Source: a virus (Duplodnaviria > Caudoviricetes). From it: a stretch of DNA of 64,000 nt. A program made the translations under genes and the position numbers. The stretch is from IMG/VR virus record IMGVR_UViG_3300021431_000086, positions 32,001 to 96,000 of that record; one strand, written 5' to 3'. Below, piece by piece: positions 29,320 through 40,300 of this stretch (positions are counted from its first letter, which is position 1; each line of letters begins with the position of its first letter). The notes under the pieces are model-generated. The model was not told the DNA's origin. It worked only from the letters and a program-made list of their open reading frames with translations, and ran no database searches.

Positions 29320-29493
29320 TTATCCGTTGTTCCAACAATCATCGTTTGTCCAGGGAAAGTCATTACGCCACACCCCAGAAGCGTAGCAGCTGCGAATTTT
29401 CGACCATACAAGTTTGCCCAGGTGATAGACAAATGCCATCCCTTGTTTAAGGTGCTCAATCGCGCCTATTGCCTTATCTCCAATGTATATCAT
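29320..29493 (-). CDS. small Trp-rich tail-associated protein (MIYIGDK...KLVWSKIRSCYASGVW...W), not in ORF track
   Basis: Read by hand: 57 aa; ATG overlaps the tail fibre stop (TAATG). Confidence 0.65.
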   Translation of the reverse strand: MIYIGDKAIGAIEHLKQGMAFVYHLGKLVWSKIRSCYASGVWRNDFPWTNDDCWNNG

Positions 29494-32400
29494 TACTCTT
29501 CCTCAATAAAATACCATGTTCCATTATTCTTCTCCGTGTCAGACAGGGCATCATACTGCGCCTCGGTAAGTTGCACAAATATGCTTCCCTCAAACTCTGC
29601 CAGCTTCACAAACTGGGTCCCGTCCCAAGCATAGTCAGCATAAGAGTTAGTGCCAGGAACCCTGTAAATCTTATTGGCAACACCCGTGGATGGGAGAGCA
29701 CCTATAATCACATCATTATGGATGGTGCTCACAAGGTTGTTGACCTCAGTCTTCGTGTATGTGCTGGTCTTGTCTGCCTTCTGTTCAAGGGCCTCATACA
29801 CACCTCCAGAAGTGACAGGGCGGGTGCTGTTGATTGTGGGGGCAGGGTCAAAAGTCAAGGCATCCTGCTTCCCACTGAACGTAGCGAAGTCCTCCTTAGT
29901 CAGCACACCTGTCTTGTTTGCCGAAGCATTAGGGATAGGCACTTCTGCCGTCTGCTCCGAAGCATCGACTGTCACTTTGTAGATGTTCGGTTCTACATCA
30001 ACGCTGACACTCTTTATGCCTCCCACCTCACTTGTGGATGCTGTCTTCAGGCTTATCGTAGAACCACTAATGCTTATACCATCACCTGCTGTAGGTGCAG
30101 GGGAATTAGTTTGTACATACTCCTTGACTCCTTGCCATGTGGGTATCTCCTTGGCAGCGGCACTTGATGTTGCGGAAGGAGCACCTTTGACACTCCCCAA
30201 TTGAACCACATCTACATCTGAGGTTCCTCCATTTGTTGCAATAGTGACCTTCTTGCCTTCTACAATGTTGTAAGTCTCGTTGTTGGAAACAGATGTGACA
30301 GACTGGGCACTCTTATCTGCCTTGCCACTTATGTCCTGAGCCGTCAGGTAAGTGTTATTGTCAACACTTCCATCTGCCTTTAGGAACTGGGAAGATGTGC
30401 CACCTGTTTTCTTGAATGAAGTGGCTTGAACTTGTGCAGGAAATGTGGCATTTTGAGAGGCATCAAAAGCATATATATGACCAGTCTTTGCCATAGTGGA
30501 AGGAGTTGCCCAACCTACTCCTCCGTATCCAAATATTTTATAGATATATAGTCCTGATGAACTACCAGAATAGCCTGTGCATCCGAATATAAATTGCCAC
30601 TCACCATATTGTGAGCCTTTAGTATTACCATAGGTAGCAGTCCCGACAATATTAATGACATTATATCCAGTCCAACCTGTGATAGGAACTTGGTCTGCTC
30701 GTGTAACCCATGTATCTACATTATTCTCATAGTTCTGCTGGGTTCTGCAACGAATAGTACAATAACAGCCAGTAGAACCATTTGTTCCGACAAAGATGAT
30801 AAACTTATTTAAGACGGTATATATTCCAGCGGCACTTGTGTGAAGTGTCACACGGAGCATATAATCGGTAGAGCTACCTCCTGCTGTTGAACTCTTCCCG
30901 ATGTAAAAGTTTCTACCAGAGGAGAACAATCCGACCTTCGCATCATCTGTGGCCTCATAGTCAAGCCAAGTTTCCCCACCATCAGTAGAATATGCGACAA
31001 CAATGCCTGCAGCTTTGGCGAACATAGTTCGGGGTGCCCCAAGCTCAGCAACTAAAGCAGCATCAATTGGGCCATAGTTCCCAGCAAAGTTTTTGCCTCC
31101 CCACGCAAGATACGCTTCATATTGTGTAAGCTCTGAAGCATTAGCTAAGTTACCATTACCAAGTACTACTTGGTTAGCATTCCCTCCACTCGTTATAAAC
31201 TTGGCAGCACTTACATGGTTACTATCATTAATAGTCACACCACTATTCTGTAAATTTCCAGATGTGCCATCATATCTCGCGATAGCATTGTCAGTAGATG
31301 TTGTTGGCTTGGTTGGAGCCTTTCCCTCTATGTATGCAGCAATAGCGGCACTATCTGCTATCTCTCCATTGCCACCTGGGTCTAACTCATCCCTAATGTC
31401 CGTTGGCTGTATGGCAGTAGAACCCTTGCTTGCACCACTGCGGATTTCATTCAAGTCGGATATGGTGTCTTGTTTGCCCGAAAGTTTAGTATTCAGGGCA
31501 TACCATGAGGGAGCCACATAGGGCCGTTGCGCTGTACCTGGTGCATAGGAGGTGACGACTGTGCCAATGGAAACATTGTCAACCTTGACATCAGTCTGTC
31601 CATTAGCAGGAGTGCCTTCGCTTGACTCTGTTGCATCTGAGTTGTACTTTTCAAGTTCTACCTTCCCTACCGCCTGTGCCTGGTTGACCCACACCCTTAT
31701 GGCACCTCCCTTGTAGTAAAACACAGGATGCTCCATGCGAAGCTCCACGGCAGTAGCACTATAGGCTATACCAAAATAGATGTATATCTTACCATCCTCA
31801 GTTGAGGGCAATGTCTGCACATAGGGAGTATCAGCATCTATGATTGCACTACCATCACTCTGTGGGGTACACTTGATATAGACAGGCGCCTTTGTTGTGA
31901 GGGCAAGGGCAGCACCAGTTCTGTTGAAAGAGTAGCCAAGAGTGATGGCATACTGTTGCCATATAGCAGTGGCAGTCACATCGGCATTGGCGGCAAATGC
32001 AGAGGTGGAATGGCAGTACACAATAGGGCCGAATGGGTTGATTGGCCTCTGGTTCACAGCCTTTGCAGATGTGGCATTGTTGGTAGAATCCACACTTGAA
32101 GGAACCCAATGAGTGTTGTCCGCAGAGGTAAAGAGCACCTTGTAATACCTGAAGGCATCAGTGGTCTTAAGAATACCATTGTTAGTCCTAAGTTGGTAGC
32201 CGATGGTATTGGTGTTGCTGTCATATCCCCTGTAACAGTCCCAGCACCCACCACTCACTCTTGTGCTGTTATAGACAAAGAGCATGGTATATGCCTTGTT
32301 GAAGATGGTGGTGTCCCTTGTAGCATCAGCAAGGTTGGTATATACAGGCTTTGCCCCAAGTCCGTTGATGTTCAGTGTAAACCCACTTGCACTTGTCACC

Positions 32401-33050
32401 ACATCATTGGTAAGGTAACAGCACACACCATCTTCAAGTTTAGTTATCCCTGCCACCGTAGCGGTGAATACAGTAGCCGTAGATGTAGAATCCACCTTCC
32501 CAAAGGGAATACTTGCCGTTCTCTTGGCCGTGAAGTTCGTAATGTCGATGTTATTCTGCACAACCGAGAAATCATTCTCATTGTACAGGAGGGAATAGTC
32601 CGAGATACAGAACACAAAATCTCCCGCCTCACAGACCTTGCCAGCATAAGTTCCTGCTGTCCCAACTGCCCAGTACCATCCTGCCTTATATGAAGTGAGG
32701 TTGCTTAACTGTGAAGGTGATGTCAGTGTCCCGTGGAATGTGGTAGCACCTACCTGTGCCGTCTGTATGGCACCTGCTACATAGTTGACTACATTGGAAC
32801 ATGTCGGGATAGCAGAATCCTCATTTGCCGCGCCAAATGCGTTGTCAACCGCTGTGTCCATGATAAACGTAGCACTCGACGGGCCAGATGGCGTGTCTAT
32901 CTGTATTGTCTTCGTCGGCAAGGTGGAAGAACCATTCGCTATAAACTGATTCTTCTTGTCCGACTTATCTTCAAGCAGGGTAGTTATCCTGCTCCACAGC
33001 CATCCGAGACTGATTTTTCCAAGAAAACGATGTCCACTTGTATCTCCCAT
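29493..33050 (-). CDS. tail fibre / receptor-binding protein
   Basis: Thr/Ser/Gly rich with fibre modules SGKQD, STDNAIARYDG, GGTSSQFLKADGSVD, AGDGISIS, PVTSGGVY, KADK..TYTKTEV. Confidence 0.8.
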   Translation of the reverse strand: MGDTSGHRFLGKISLGWLWSRITTLLEDKSDKKNQFIANGSSTLPTKTIQIDTPSGPSSATFIMDTAVDNAFGAANEDSAIPTCSNVVNYVAGAIQTAQVGATTFHGTLTSPSQLSNLTSYKAGWYWAVGTAGTYAGKVCEAGDFVFCISDYSLLYNENDFSVVQNNIDITNFTAKRTASIPFGKVDSTSTATVFTATVAGITKLEDGVCCYLTNDVVTSASGFTLNINGLGAKPVYTNLADATRDTTIFNKAYTMLFVYNSTRVSGGCWDCYRGYDSNTNTIGYQLRTNNGILKTTDAFRYYKVLFTSADNTHWVPSSVDSTNNATSAKAVNQRPINPFGPIVYCHSTSAFAANADVTATAIWQQYAITLGYSFNRTGAALALTTKAPVYIKCTPQSDGSAIIDADTPYVQTLPSTEDGKIYIYFGIAYSATAVELRMEHPVFYYKGGAIRVWVNQAQAVGKVELEKYNSDATESSEGTPANGQTDVKVDNVSIGTVVTSYAPGTAQRPYVAPSWYALNTKLSGKQDTISDLNEIRSGASKGSTAIQPTDIRDELDPGGNGEIADSAAIAAYIEGKAPTKPTTSTDNAIARYDGTSGNLQNSGVTINDSNHVSAAKFITSGGNANQVVLGNGNLANASELTQYEAYLAWGGKNFAGNYGPIDAALVAELGAPRTMFAKAAGIVVAYSTDGGETWLDYEATDDAKVGLFSSGRNFYIGKSSTAGGSSTDYMLRVTLHTSAAGIYTVLNKFIIFVGTNGSTGCYCTIRCRTQQNYENNVDTWVTRADQVPITGWTGYNVINIVGTATYGNTKGSQYGEWQFIFGCTGYSGSSSGLYIYKIFGYGGVGWATPSTMAKTGHIYAFDASQNATFPAQVQATSFKKTGGTSSQFLKADGSVDNNTYLTAQDISGKADKSAQSVTSVSNNETYNIVEGKKVTIATNGGTSDVDVVQLGSVKGAPSATSSAAAKEIPTWQGVKEYVQTNSPAPTAGDGISISGSTISLKTASTSEVGGIKSVSVDVEPNIYKVTVDASEQTAEVPIPNASANKTGVLTKEDFATFSGKQDALTFDPAPTINSTRPVTSGGVYEALEQKADKTSTYTKTEVNNLVSTIHNDVIIGALPSTGVANKIYRVPGTNSYADYAWDGTQFVKLAEFEGSIFVQLTEAQYDALSDTEKNNGTWYFIEEE

Positions 33051-33054
33051 GACC

Positions 33055-33636
33055 TCACACCTCAACAAAATCCATTAATAGAATATCCATATCCGTCCCT
33101 CTCTCGCGAATCTTCTTGTTGTTAAATCTCGCGTATAGAAGGGGGCACCAGTCATCAAGAATCCTTGGAGAGCATACGGAGGCATATCTCTCTTCGCAGG
33201 ACGGCTTGTAGGCGAAGTCGTAGTCAACCTCCCAGTTGTAGAGGTTGCGGCCAAACCAGAATGTGATGTTCGGATAAGACTCTTCAAGCGCCTTGCACCA
33301 TTGCGCAAAGAGCTTCCTCGACTCCGCCGTGCAATCCTTCCGGCTGCGTACATCATGCACAACGCGGACAACGGTGTCCCCCTTGTAGTCAAGCCATTGG
33401 AGACTCCCCTGTATGTCATACAGTGTGCCATAGTCAAAAGCATTATGCACGACATGCGGCTCACCGCCTATGGACTTCAGACGGAGGTCGAAGCAACGGA
33501 CACCATGTGCATACTGCGCTCCAATAGCCAGGTTCTGACACCGGGCCGTGAAAGCAATCATCCTCTGCCACCGTTTTTGGGGTGGCAGGTAACTCCATGA
33601 GTTGTGACTTCCTAATATGTATAACTTCTTCTCCAT
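33055..33636 (-). CDS. PI-PLC X-domain-like phosphodiesterase
   Basis: GSHNS...ARCQ..I..QY.HGVRCFDLR...VVH matches the PI-PLC catalytic His motifs. Confidence 0.7.
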   Translation of the reverse strand: MEKKLYILGSHNSWSYLPPQKRWQRMIAFTARCQNLAIGAQYAHGVRCFDLRLKSIGGEPHVVHNAFDYGTLYDIQGSLQWLDYKGDTVVRVVHDVRSRKDCTAESRKLFAQWCKALEESYPNITFWFGRNLYNWEVDYDFAYKPSCEERYASVCSPRILDDWCPLLYARFNNKKIRERGTDMDILLMDFVEV

Positions 33637-33637
33637 G

Positions 33638-33835
33638 TTAAAACCCGCAAACGTCTATAATGTCCTGATACGTCAGCTCTGATACATCCTGTAGGTCTCC
33701 CATTGTGTCAAGCATGTCCTTGTGTTCGGACACCTCTGTGCCAAGCGCATTCCACTCTTCAGCGGCAATCTGGTAGGTTGTGTCCGTTACTGGCCGCCTA
33801 TTAATCTTGTGAAAGTTAATCTCATTGTAGTCCAT
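33638..33835 (-). CDS. small hypothetical tail-region protein
   Basis: 65 aa containing AAEEWNAL, packed in the operon. Confidence 0.6.
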   Translation of the reverse strand: MDYNEINFHKINRRPVTDTTYQIAAEEWNALGTEVSEHKDMLDTMGDLQDVSELTYQDIIDVCGF

Positions 33836-33839
33836 AGTG

Positions 33840-36800
33840 TCATGTAGTTATGTCGTCAAGCCCAAGAGTATATCTATCATAGTAGCCACGAGTAGTTGAA
33901 GAAATAGACCATGCAATAATTTTAGTGCCATTATCGTCAAACTCCTTACATTCAAGAGTTATATAATCCGTCGTCGGAATTGGGTCGCCGACAAAGTATG
34001 CTTCTTCTGGATTTACATTGTTTATGGTGTTCGCATTTTCAACTTCCTCATAAATTCCACGAATATATAATGCTGGGCCGCCCTTTACGGTTGAACTTCC
34101 TGTATATGCAGATGCACCATAAAAAGACAATGTTATTTTAGTTCCGAGCAATTCCCGTGCATCATTAGCCATTTCCCCAATAAATTTGTTTAGGTAATGA
34201 ATCCAATCGGGATTATTAAGTACATTCTCTCCATCGGCCGTATGATAAGTTTCGTCATATAACATTGTTCCTACATTAGATGACCCACCGTATGAAGCAG
34301 TTATGTCCGATTTGAAATTTCTATATAATCCAAGTCCATTGTAGGACACATTATTCTCTTTCGATGGAAACCAAGACATATATTGAGAACGCCCATAAAT
34401 ATCATTTGATAGGGGTATAAAGAATGGAAGGTTTATATAGAAGTCTCCTGAAACTTGACCATTAAAGTCTGCATAATCTTCTACTGGTAAACCATCGTCT
34501 AAATACCCGTACCCCGTTGGGAATACATATACATCGCCTTTATATAATGTTCCAGAACCGCTATAATAATATTGATTCCCATCTGGTGTCGCATAAAAGG
34601 CAAAACTTTGTCCAAGATTTTTATATTGTATAGTATTCTCATATTCCCCCGTCCATGCACTAACTTCCCTCTTCGTAAAGTCTTTTATATTAAACTCATG
34701 AAGAATAGTAGTCTTATGGGTAACAAAACCGCTAAAATTTCCTTTCATTGCATCCACCGTGCCATCGGCAAACACCTTGAAGGTGGCGCTGTCGGCATCC
34801 TGCCCACCGCTCCACAGATAATACTGTTTGCCATCGCCGTCCACACGGTTGCCCATTCCGGCGAGGACAGTTCCGAGGTTGTCCGTAATCACAAAGTTAG
34901 AGCCTGTGAGCATCCGTATGTAGGCATTCTGGGCAATGAGGTAGGTGAAGAATGCGCTGAGCGCATTGACAGAGATGGGCTGGAACGGAGCGCGTGTCAG
35001 ATTCAGGTCTCCGGCAAGCGTCCCACTGCCCGTTGTTGTGAGATATTGAGTCAATTCCCCAGGTGTCAGGAAAGTAGCCGCCAAGTCCAAGTCGCTGTCG
35101 CTCTGATAATGGAACCCGTAGATGCACTCATACGCCATGTAGCCGCTCTGTACCAAACTCTGCGGATAGCCAACAACGATGTAGTCTTTATATCTCACGG
35201 CGACGGCAGTCTCAGTCCCGTCAAAGAAGTTCATGCCATTAGGAATGACATTCTGATGCACGCGGACAACGGGGCCAGCAAGCCCCTTGTCTCCCTTGTC
35301 ACCCTTGTCTCCCTTTGCCGCCTTGATAAGTGGAATCTCCTTCTTGATGAGGTAGGTGTCCACCATCTCGTCAGGATTGGAGGCGTTGATACTTGATGCT
35401 GCGAACAGCTCCACTACATCAACCGAACTCTCAATCTCCCTGTAGGGCATGGAGAAGATAGCAAGGTTTGCACCGTTGAAGAGCAGTGTTCGCGTGTCAC
35501 CCGTCCGCTTATACACCCGGCAATAGCATGGGAAGGCAGCGCGGACACCGCCGTTGTCGGTATAGAATCTGATGGAGCCGCCAAACTCTCCCTTGTCAGT
35601 CGCCGTGTCTATGGCGATGTAGTCCTTCTCCGTCTGGCAGATGTAGTTCACGCCCGTCTCACCATACACACCGATGACGTGTGGAGCTTCTGTCTCTTTG
35701 ACTCCATCTGGCAAGATGGCATCCTCGTAATGATCCCCGATATCGTCTATCGTCCCGTCGATTAGAATGGGATATTGTAGCGTCTTGCGCCACATGTAAG
35801 GGCGGAACTCGTTAAAGAAGTATGCGCTTTCTTCGTTGGAAAAGAAAGACTGGTCCGGGTTCCAGTACACAAGCTCCGCGCCCATTCCAACACCGCCTTC
35901 ATTCAGATCCTTTGTTTCGCTTGTCGTATAATAATGTATGTCTCGTGTTGCCGGAATGAAATTGACGGTCACAATTGCAAGTTCCACATTTGTATTATTG
36001 ACAACCAGATGTACATTAAGACTCTTCCGAGATGCAAATGCGGTGATAGGAAGAACTGCTTTTCCGGTGGTTGCGCCGGAGAAAACAAGCGGAGTGTCAT
36101 CGCTACTATCCTCGCTGTCAACGGGATCATAGAAAAGTGCAAGGCCGGCCGTCCTGAACCATGCCTCATTAATATAGAATACACTTCCGTCCTGGGCAAT
36201 AGAGCGGATAAAGATGTTGATATTGTTTTCCGGGATATATCTTCCAGAGGTGTCGTCGTAGCTTACGGTCCCCGAGGATAGTTCAATCTCGAATTTTTCC
36301 TTTGTCTCGGCAATTATAGTAATGGTGCCTGTGGCAATTGTGGAAAAACCGGTAATCTCCGACTCGTCGGCAACGCATGCTGATATATAGAATGTTGCAG
36401 AAACAGAGGCCGAGAAGTCGTCGGTTCCGGAACTGCCAGCCTCATGCTTCAGCTCTATGCTATCTGTAAATCCATTAGCCTTACTTGCGTTCCACTGGTT
36501 GTCCGTGTTTGTATTGCCGGTATTCCTTGTAATCATCCAGCGGTCAACACTCGTAGTTGCTGCCTCGTCAAATCCTTTTATCAGAACCGGACTAAGAATG
36601 ATACTCCCCCCCCATCTCAGGTATGGAACGCCTGCATCCATGCCCTCACTTCGTATTTCCACGCGCAGCGGCAGAGAGTCGGGGTCAAGGCTCCATTCCT
36701 TGTTGTACTCGTCTGTGCCAAGTATTCCCGTGTCAAGGTTCACGGTACGCAGGTTGTTTTCTGGAAGACTGACCTCCCCCATGCGGACATACCAGTTGTC

Positions 36801-37169
36801 AGGGTCTATTGTGCCGTAATAATCCCTGCTCTCGCCGTCGGTGGTTACGCATGGGTATTTGTCCGTCCACTTCGACCCTCTCATCTCCATCGGCGCAAAT
36901 ACCAGGTAGGCATTGCTATTGTCGGACTTTGAGAGGCGGGCATAGATAGTGTAGGGCTTCCCACTTTCCGCCAATCTTCTGTTGCGTCCTTTCAGTGTCC
37001 ACTCCTGATATGTGCTATCCACCATACCAATACCCGCGCGTCCAGACCACACCTTGATTTTGGCGCCATTCGCTATGTACACAGACAAATCGTTGTAAGA
37101 GTTGTTGGAGTTGGGCGTGATACTGATTGCGGATGGGGCTATATAGTGAACTGGTGATGTGCGTGGCAT
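33840..37169 (-). CDS. large tail / baseplate-associated protein with short collagen-like repeat
   Basis: About 1109 aa from MPRTSP; KGDKGDKGDKG; 'WSGG...ATFKVFADG...KGNFSG' tail module; late motif upstream. Confidence 0.7.
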   Translation of the reverse strand: MPRTSPVHYIAPSAISITPNSNNSYNDLSVYIANGAKIKVWSGRAGIGMVDSTYQEWTLKGRNRRLAESGKPYTIYARLSKSDNSNAYLVFAPMEMRGSKWTDKYPCVTTDGESRDYYGTIDPDNWYVRMGEVSLPENNLRTVNLDTGILGTDEYNKEWSLDPDSLPLRVEIRSEGMDAGVPYLRWGGSIILSPVLIKGFDEAATTSVDRWMITRNTGNTNTDNQWNASKANGFTDSIELKHEAGSSGTDDFSASVSATFYISACVADESEITGFSTIATGTITIIAETKEKFEIELSSGTVSYDDTSGRYIPENNINIFIRSIAQDGSVFYINEAWFRTAGLALFYDPVDSEDSSDDTPLVFSGATTGKAVLPITAFASRKSLNVHLVVNNTNVELAIVTVNFIPATRDIHYYTTSETKDLNEGGVGMGAELVYWNPDQSFFSNEESAYFFNEFRPYMWRKTLQYPILIDGTIDDIGDHYEDAILPDGVKETEAPHVIGVYGETGVNYICQTEKDYIAIDTATDKGEFGGSIRFYTDNGGVRAAFPCYCRVYKRTGDTRTLLFNGANLAIFSMPYREIESSVDVVELFAASSINASNPDEMVDTYLIKKEIPLIKAAKGDKGDKGDKGLAGPVVRVHQNVIPNGMNFFDGTETAVAVRYKDYIVVGYPQSLVQSGYMAYECIYGFHYQSDSDLDLAATFLTPGELTQYLTTTGSGTLAGDLNLTRAPFQPISVNALSAFFTYLIAQNAYIRMLTGSNFVITDNLGTVLAGMGNRVDGDGKQYYLWSGGQDADSATFKVFADGTVDAMKGNFSGFVTHKTTILHEFNIKDFTKREVSAWTGEYENTIQYKNLGQSFAFYATPDGNQYYYSGSGTLYKGDVYVFPTGYGYLDDGLPVEDYADFNGQVSGDFYINLPFFIPLSNDIYGRSQYMSWFPSKENNVSYNGLGLYRNFKSDITASYGGSSNVGTMLYDETYHTADGENVLNNPDWIHYLNKFIGEMANDARELLGTKITLSFYGASAYTGSSTVKGGPALYIRGIYEEVENANTINNVNPEEAYFVGDPIPTTDYITLECKEFDDNGTKIIAWSISSTTRGYYDRYTLGLDDITT

Positions 37170-37181
37170 TCTTTTTTTAAA

Positions 37182-37220
37182 TGCAAAATAAGCGACGAAG
37201 TGGGTGCCGGTCAAGGGCAA
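37182..37220 (-). promoter_or_regulatory. late-promoter-like motif copy 6
   Basis: TTGCCCTTGA-N20-TATTTTGCA, ends 12 nt before ATG 37169. Confidence 0.75.
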
Positions 37221-37224
37221 GCCT

Positions 37225-37262
37225 CTGCCCTTGACCGGCGAACATTGGTGAGATAAATTTGT
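37225..37262 (+). promoter_or_regulatory. late-promoter-like motif copy 7
   Basis: CTGCCCTTGA-N19-TAAATTTGT, followed by hairpin TGCCGATA..TATCGGCA and ATG 37313. Confidence 0.72.
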
Positions 37263-37312
37263 TCTGTGCCGATAATGTATATCGGCATGAAAGAATAACG
37301 ACTAATTCGTAT

Positions 37313-40300
37313 ATGGAACATCTTTCTCTCGAGATATTCGACCGCGAAGGAACGGGAAGTAAGTACGCCTGGCTGCCTGAGGATGCCAGCATCACCATCA
37401 CCGACACCAGTGAGATATTCGCCAGCGGAGATGTATGGTCGCATAGCTTTTCTCTGAATATTCCTGCCAATGTCCACATCTTCGGTACCAGCGGTGATCT
37501 GCATGGATCCCGTCTGCACGATCAAATCAACAAACGAAAGGCACGGCTGTGGGTGGAAGGCTTACCGCTTTATATGGGTTATCTCATGCTGGACGATGAA
37601 GTTGACGTGGATGAGAACGGTAATGTTGACGTAAGGTTTGAGAGCGGCAATAAGACTTTCGATGAAATGATTAAGGGTACAAAAGCCAGGGAGGTGAGCG
37701 TCGGCGACGTGGTAATTGGCGTGGCACTGAACCGTAAAAGAGTCGTAGGAATCAAAAGACCATGCGGAGTATTTAGGCTTGATGGCCTTGCTGCGTATGT
37801 GGCAAAGAATCATCACCATGAAGGGCTGGACGGATATTTTTGTTATTTTAGTGTAGGGAAGTATGACGAATGGGTAAGAACCCCTTACGCTCAACGCTGG
37901 CCGAAACTTGTGAAAAGCCATGGAAATATATATGACAGCAATGGTATCGCTGAAAATAAGGATTATACTAATGTCCAGATGCCCTACGATGCAGGGCATC
38001 CGTTCTGTAATATCAACATCTGCTATCCATTAAAGGCAACGAAAATTACGGATGGACAGTCGGAGGAAGTTGCCGGTCGTGGCTATACCATTCGTCTTGC
38101 ACATGGAACCGCAACCACTGATGGCGGAGATCGCCAGACACGTTTCAACAACTCGCCCAATTTCTATCTGCTGCATTTTGTTGACAGACTTTTCAAAGAC
38201 CTTGGAATACACGTCGCAGAAAATCAGGCCCTGAACGTGGAAGACCTGCGACGTGTATTTATGCTTAACTACGGTTGCCACTACGAAGAGATTGAGGATG
38301 AGTATGAAGATGACGAGATGGACAGCCATGCCACTCCGAGAAAGAAGGTTGGACGATATGGTCAGTTTTATTTGCCACTTATTCAAACCGGGTCAGGCCG
38401 TGCCGGTGGTTATCTGCCTGTAGCTGGATGGGAAAATGCAGGGAAGCAGGTTCTTGCGGACGAAGAAATAATAGGCAAGGCACTGTTGCGAGATTTGGTT
38501 TTAAAAGAGAGGGGCAGTGTCATTCAAAATTTTGGATCTGTTGAGTGCCGGATTGCAACAGCACAATCCAATATTCCATCCTTCCCGTTTGAAGGTGGGT
38601 TGCAGTTTGAACTTATAAAAGATGAGCATGAGGAGGAAACAGGCGGATACTCTGCCTACCTCGCTTATGCTACGGGGGAAAACTACCCAAATGTGGAGAT
38701 AAGCGAGATTGTCAACGCCATGAAGTCAATGTTCGGCATACGCCTTATTTTCGATAGTGATTATTCAACAGTTCGCATAGTTCTGCTTCGCAACATACTC
38801 CGAAATAGCGATGTACAGCACATTAACTGCGATGTCCTCCCTGCGATTAAACAAGAGAATAACATACGCGGTTTCCGCATGACATACGGGAAGGGAAGCG
38901 ACAGCACGAGCTTCTATTATAAGGGGTTTGCCGACTTGTTCGTCCGAAGTGCAAAGATATGGAAGGACACAACCGACAAGCACGATTACTCAAAATGGAA
39001 CCTTGATGCGGACTATGATATTATCAATTCGCAGGTTTCTGCCTTTAACAAGACATGCTATGTCACTCCGGTGAACGGAAATGCCTATGGTGTACAGGTC
39101 GATGAGGATGAAGATGTACTTTTCCCATCTCTGTTCGAGTGGGCAGGGTTTATGGATGCCGAGGACGGCGACTGTTCCGGAGCGGATGAAACCGTCGAGG
39201 AAATACAGTGTGTGGCTGCACCAGTTATAATGAACGAAATTAATGGGACATACGCTTCGCTGTTCGACAGCGATCTGAAAGCACCGTCAGGCGCTGCGCA
39301 AAAGATAGGAACTTTTGCCAGGGCAACCTACCAGCCTCAGGAACTTACGAACGAAACCGTGTATGCAGGAATGGACATTGCAAGTAACTATACGATATCT
39401 GGCAAGCTCGAAATATTCCTTAGCGAAGGATTCCAGATCCGTATGCTTGACAACTACGCTATAAGCAACGGCGGCACTCCATTCGACGAGGCGGACCCCG
39501 GCCTGTGCTTTGGCATCATGCGCGGAAGCGGAAGCGATGCCCATGTGAGATATTATGAAGATCAGGATGACGGCGAAGAGAATGATGCGTGGGAAATCGT
39601 TCCCGGGAACGGGGCAATTGTACACCCGGACACCTGTGACAGCTACGGGAACGAGTGGGACTATGACGGGGCGACTGGCTATAAGCGTGTCTGTACCAGT
39701 CCTGCTGACGCGGTGGAGGCAATGTCTGCCATGTTCCCTGATACACACTTTAGTCTTACCACCCGCTCATCCAGCACTTATATGACAGGATTTTTCCTTC
39801 CGGCCGTTACCGACAATACGGGAAAATCCCACACTTTGCTCATGGCTGGAGCTACTAAGGACCAATCTCCATTGATGCCAGGCATCATGCGTCAACAATA
39901 CATCAACGACCTACAGGGAAAGAGCATCGAGCAAATTCTTGAATGGGACACTAATCATTATAACCTACTCATAGAAACTGACAGTTCCAGAGAGAGGGCG
40001 CAGACGCTACTTAATCTGCAGAAACTGGCATACTCCAATGGAGGGCCAGTTACCGTGAGTGGTGGAACGGATGTGTCACAGGGACGTTTCTCCCTTAAGC
40101 TCCGGGCAGAAAAACTCAACCCGAACTTCGATCCGAACAGACCTGAATACAGGACCGTTGAGACCAAGGCCGAAGCGGCAGAGACAATGACTGAAATGTT
40201 TGAAGGCTCCAACGCGGATTTACTGAATCGCCCAAAGATATCAGGGACGGTCATGCGTGCAAAAGGCTGGGACGTAAACGAAGATGGTTACTTTACACTG

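Noticed and set aside
23159-33050. Diversity-generating retroelement targeting tail or LRR genes
   Set aside because: No reverse transcriptase and no ~100-bp TR/VR pair differing at adenines was seen in this window; one outside the window cannot be excluded.
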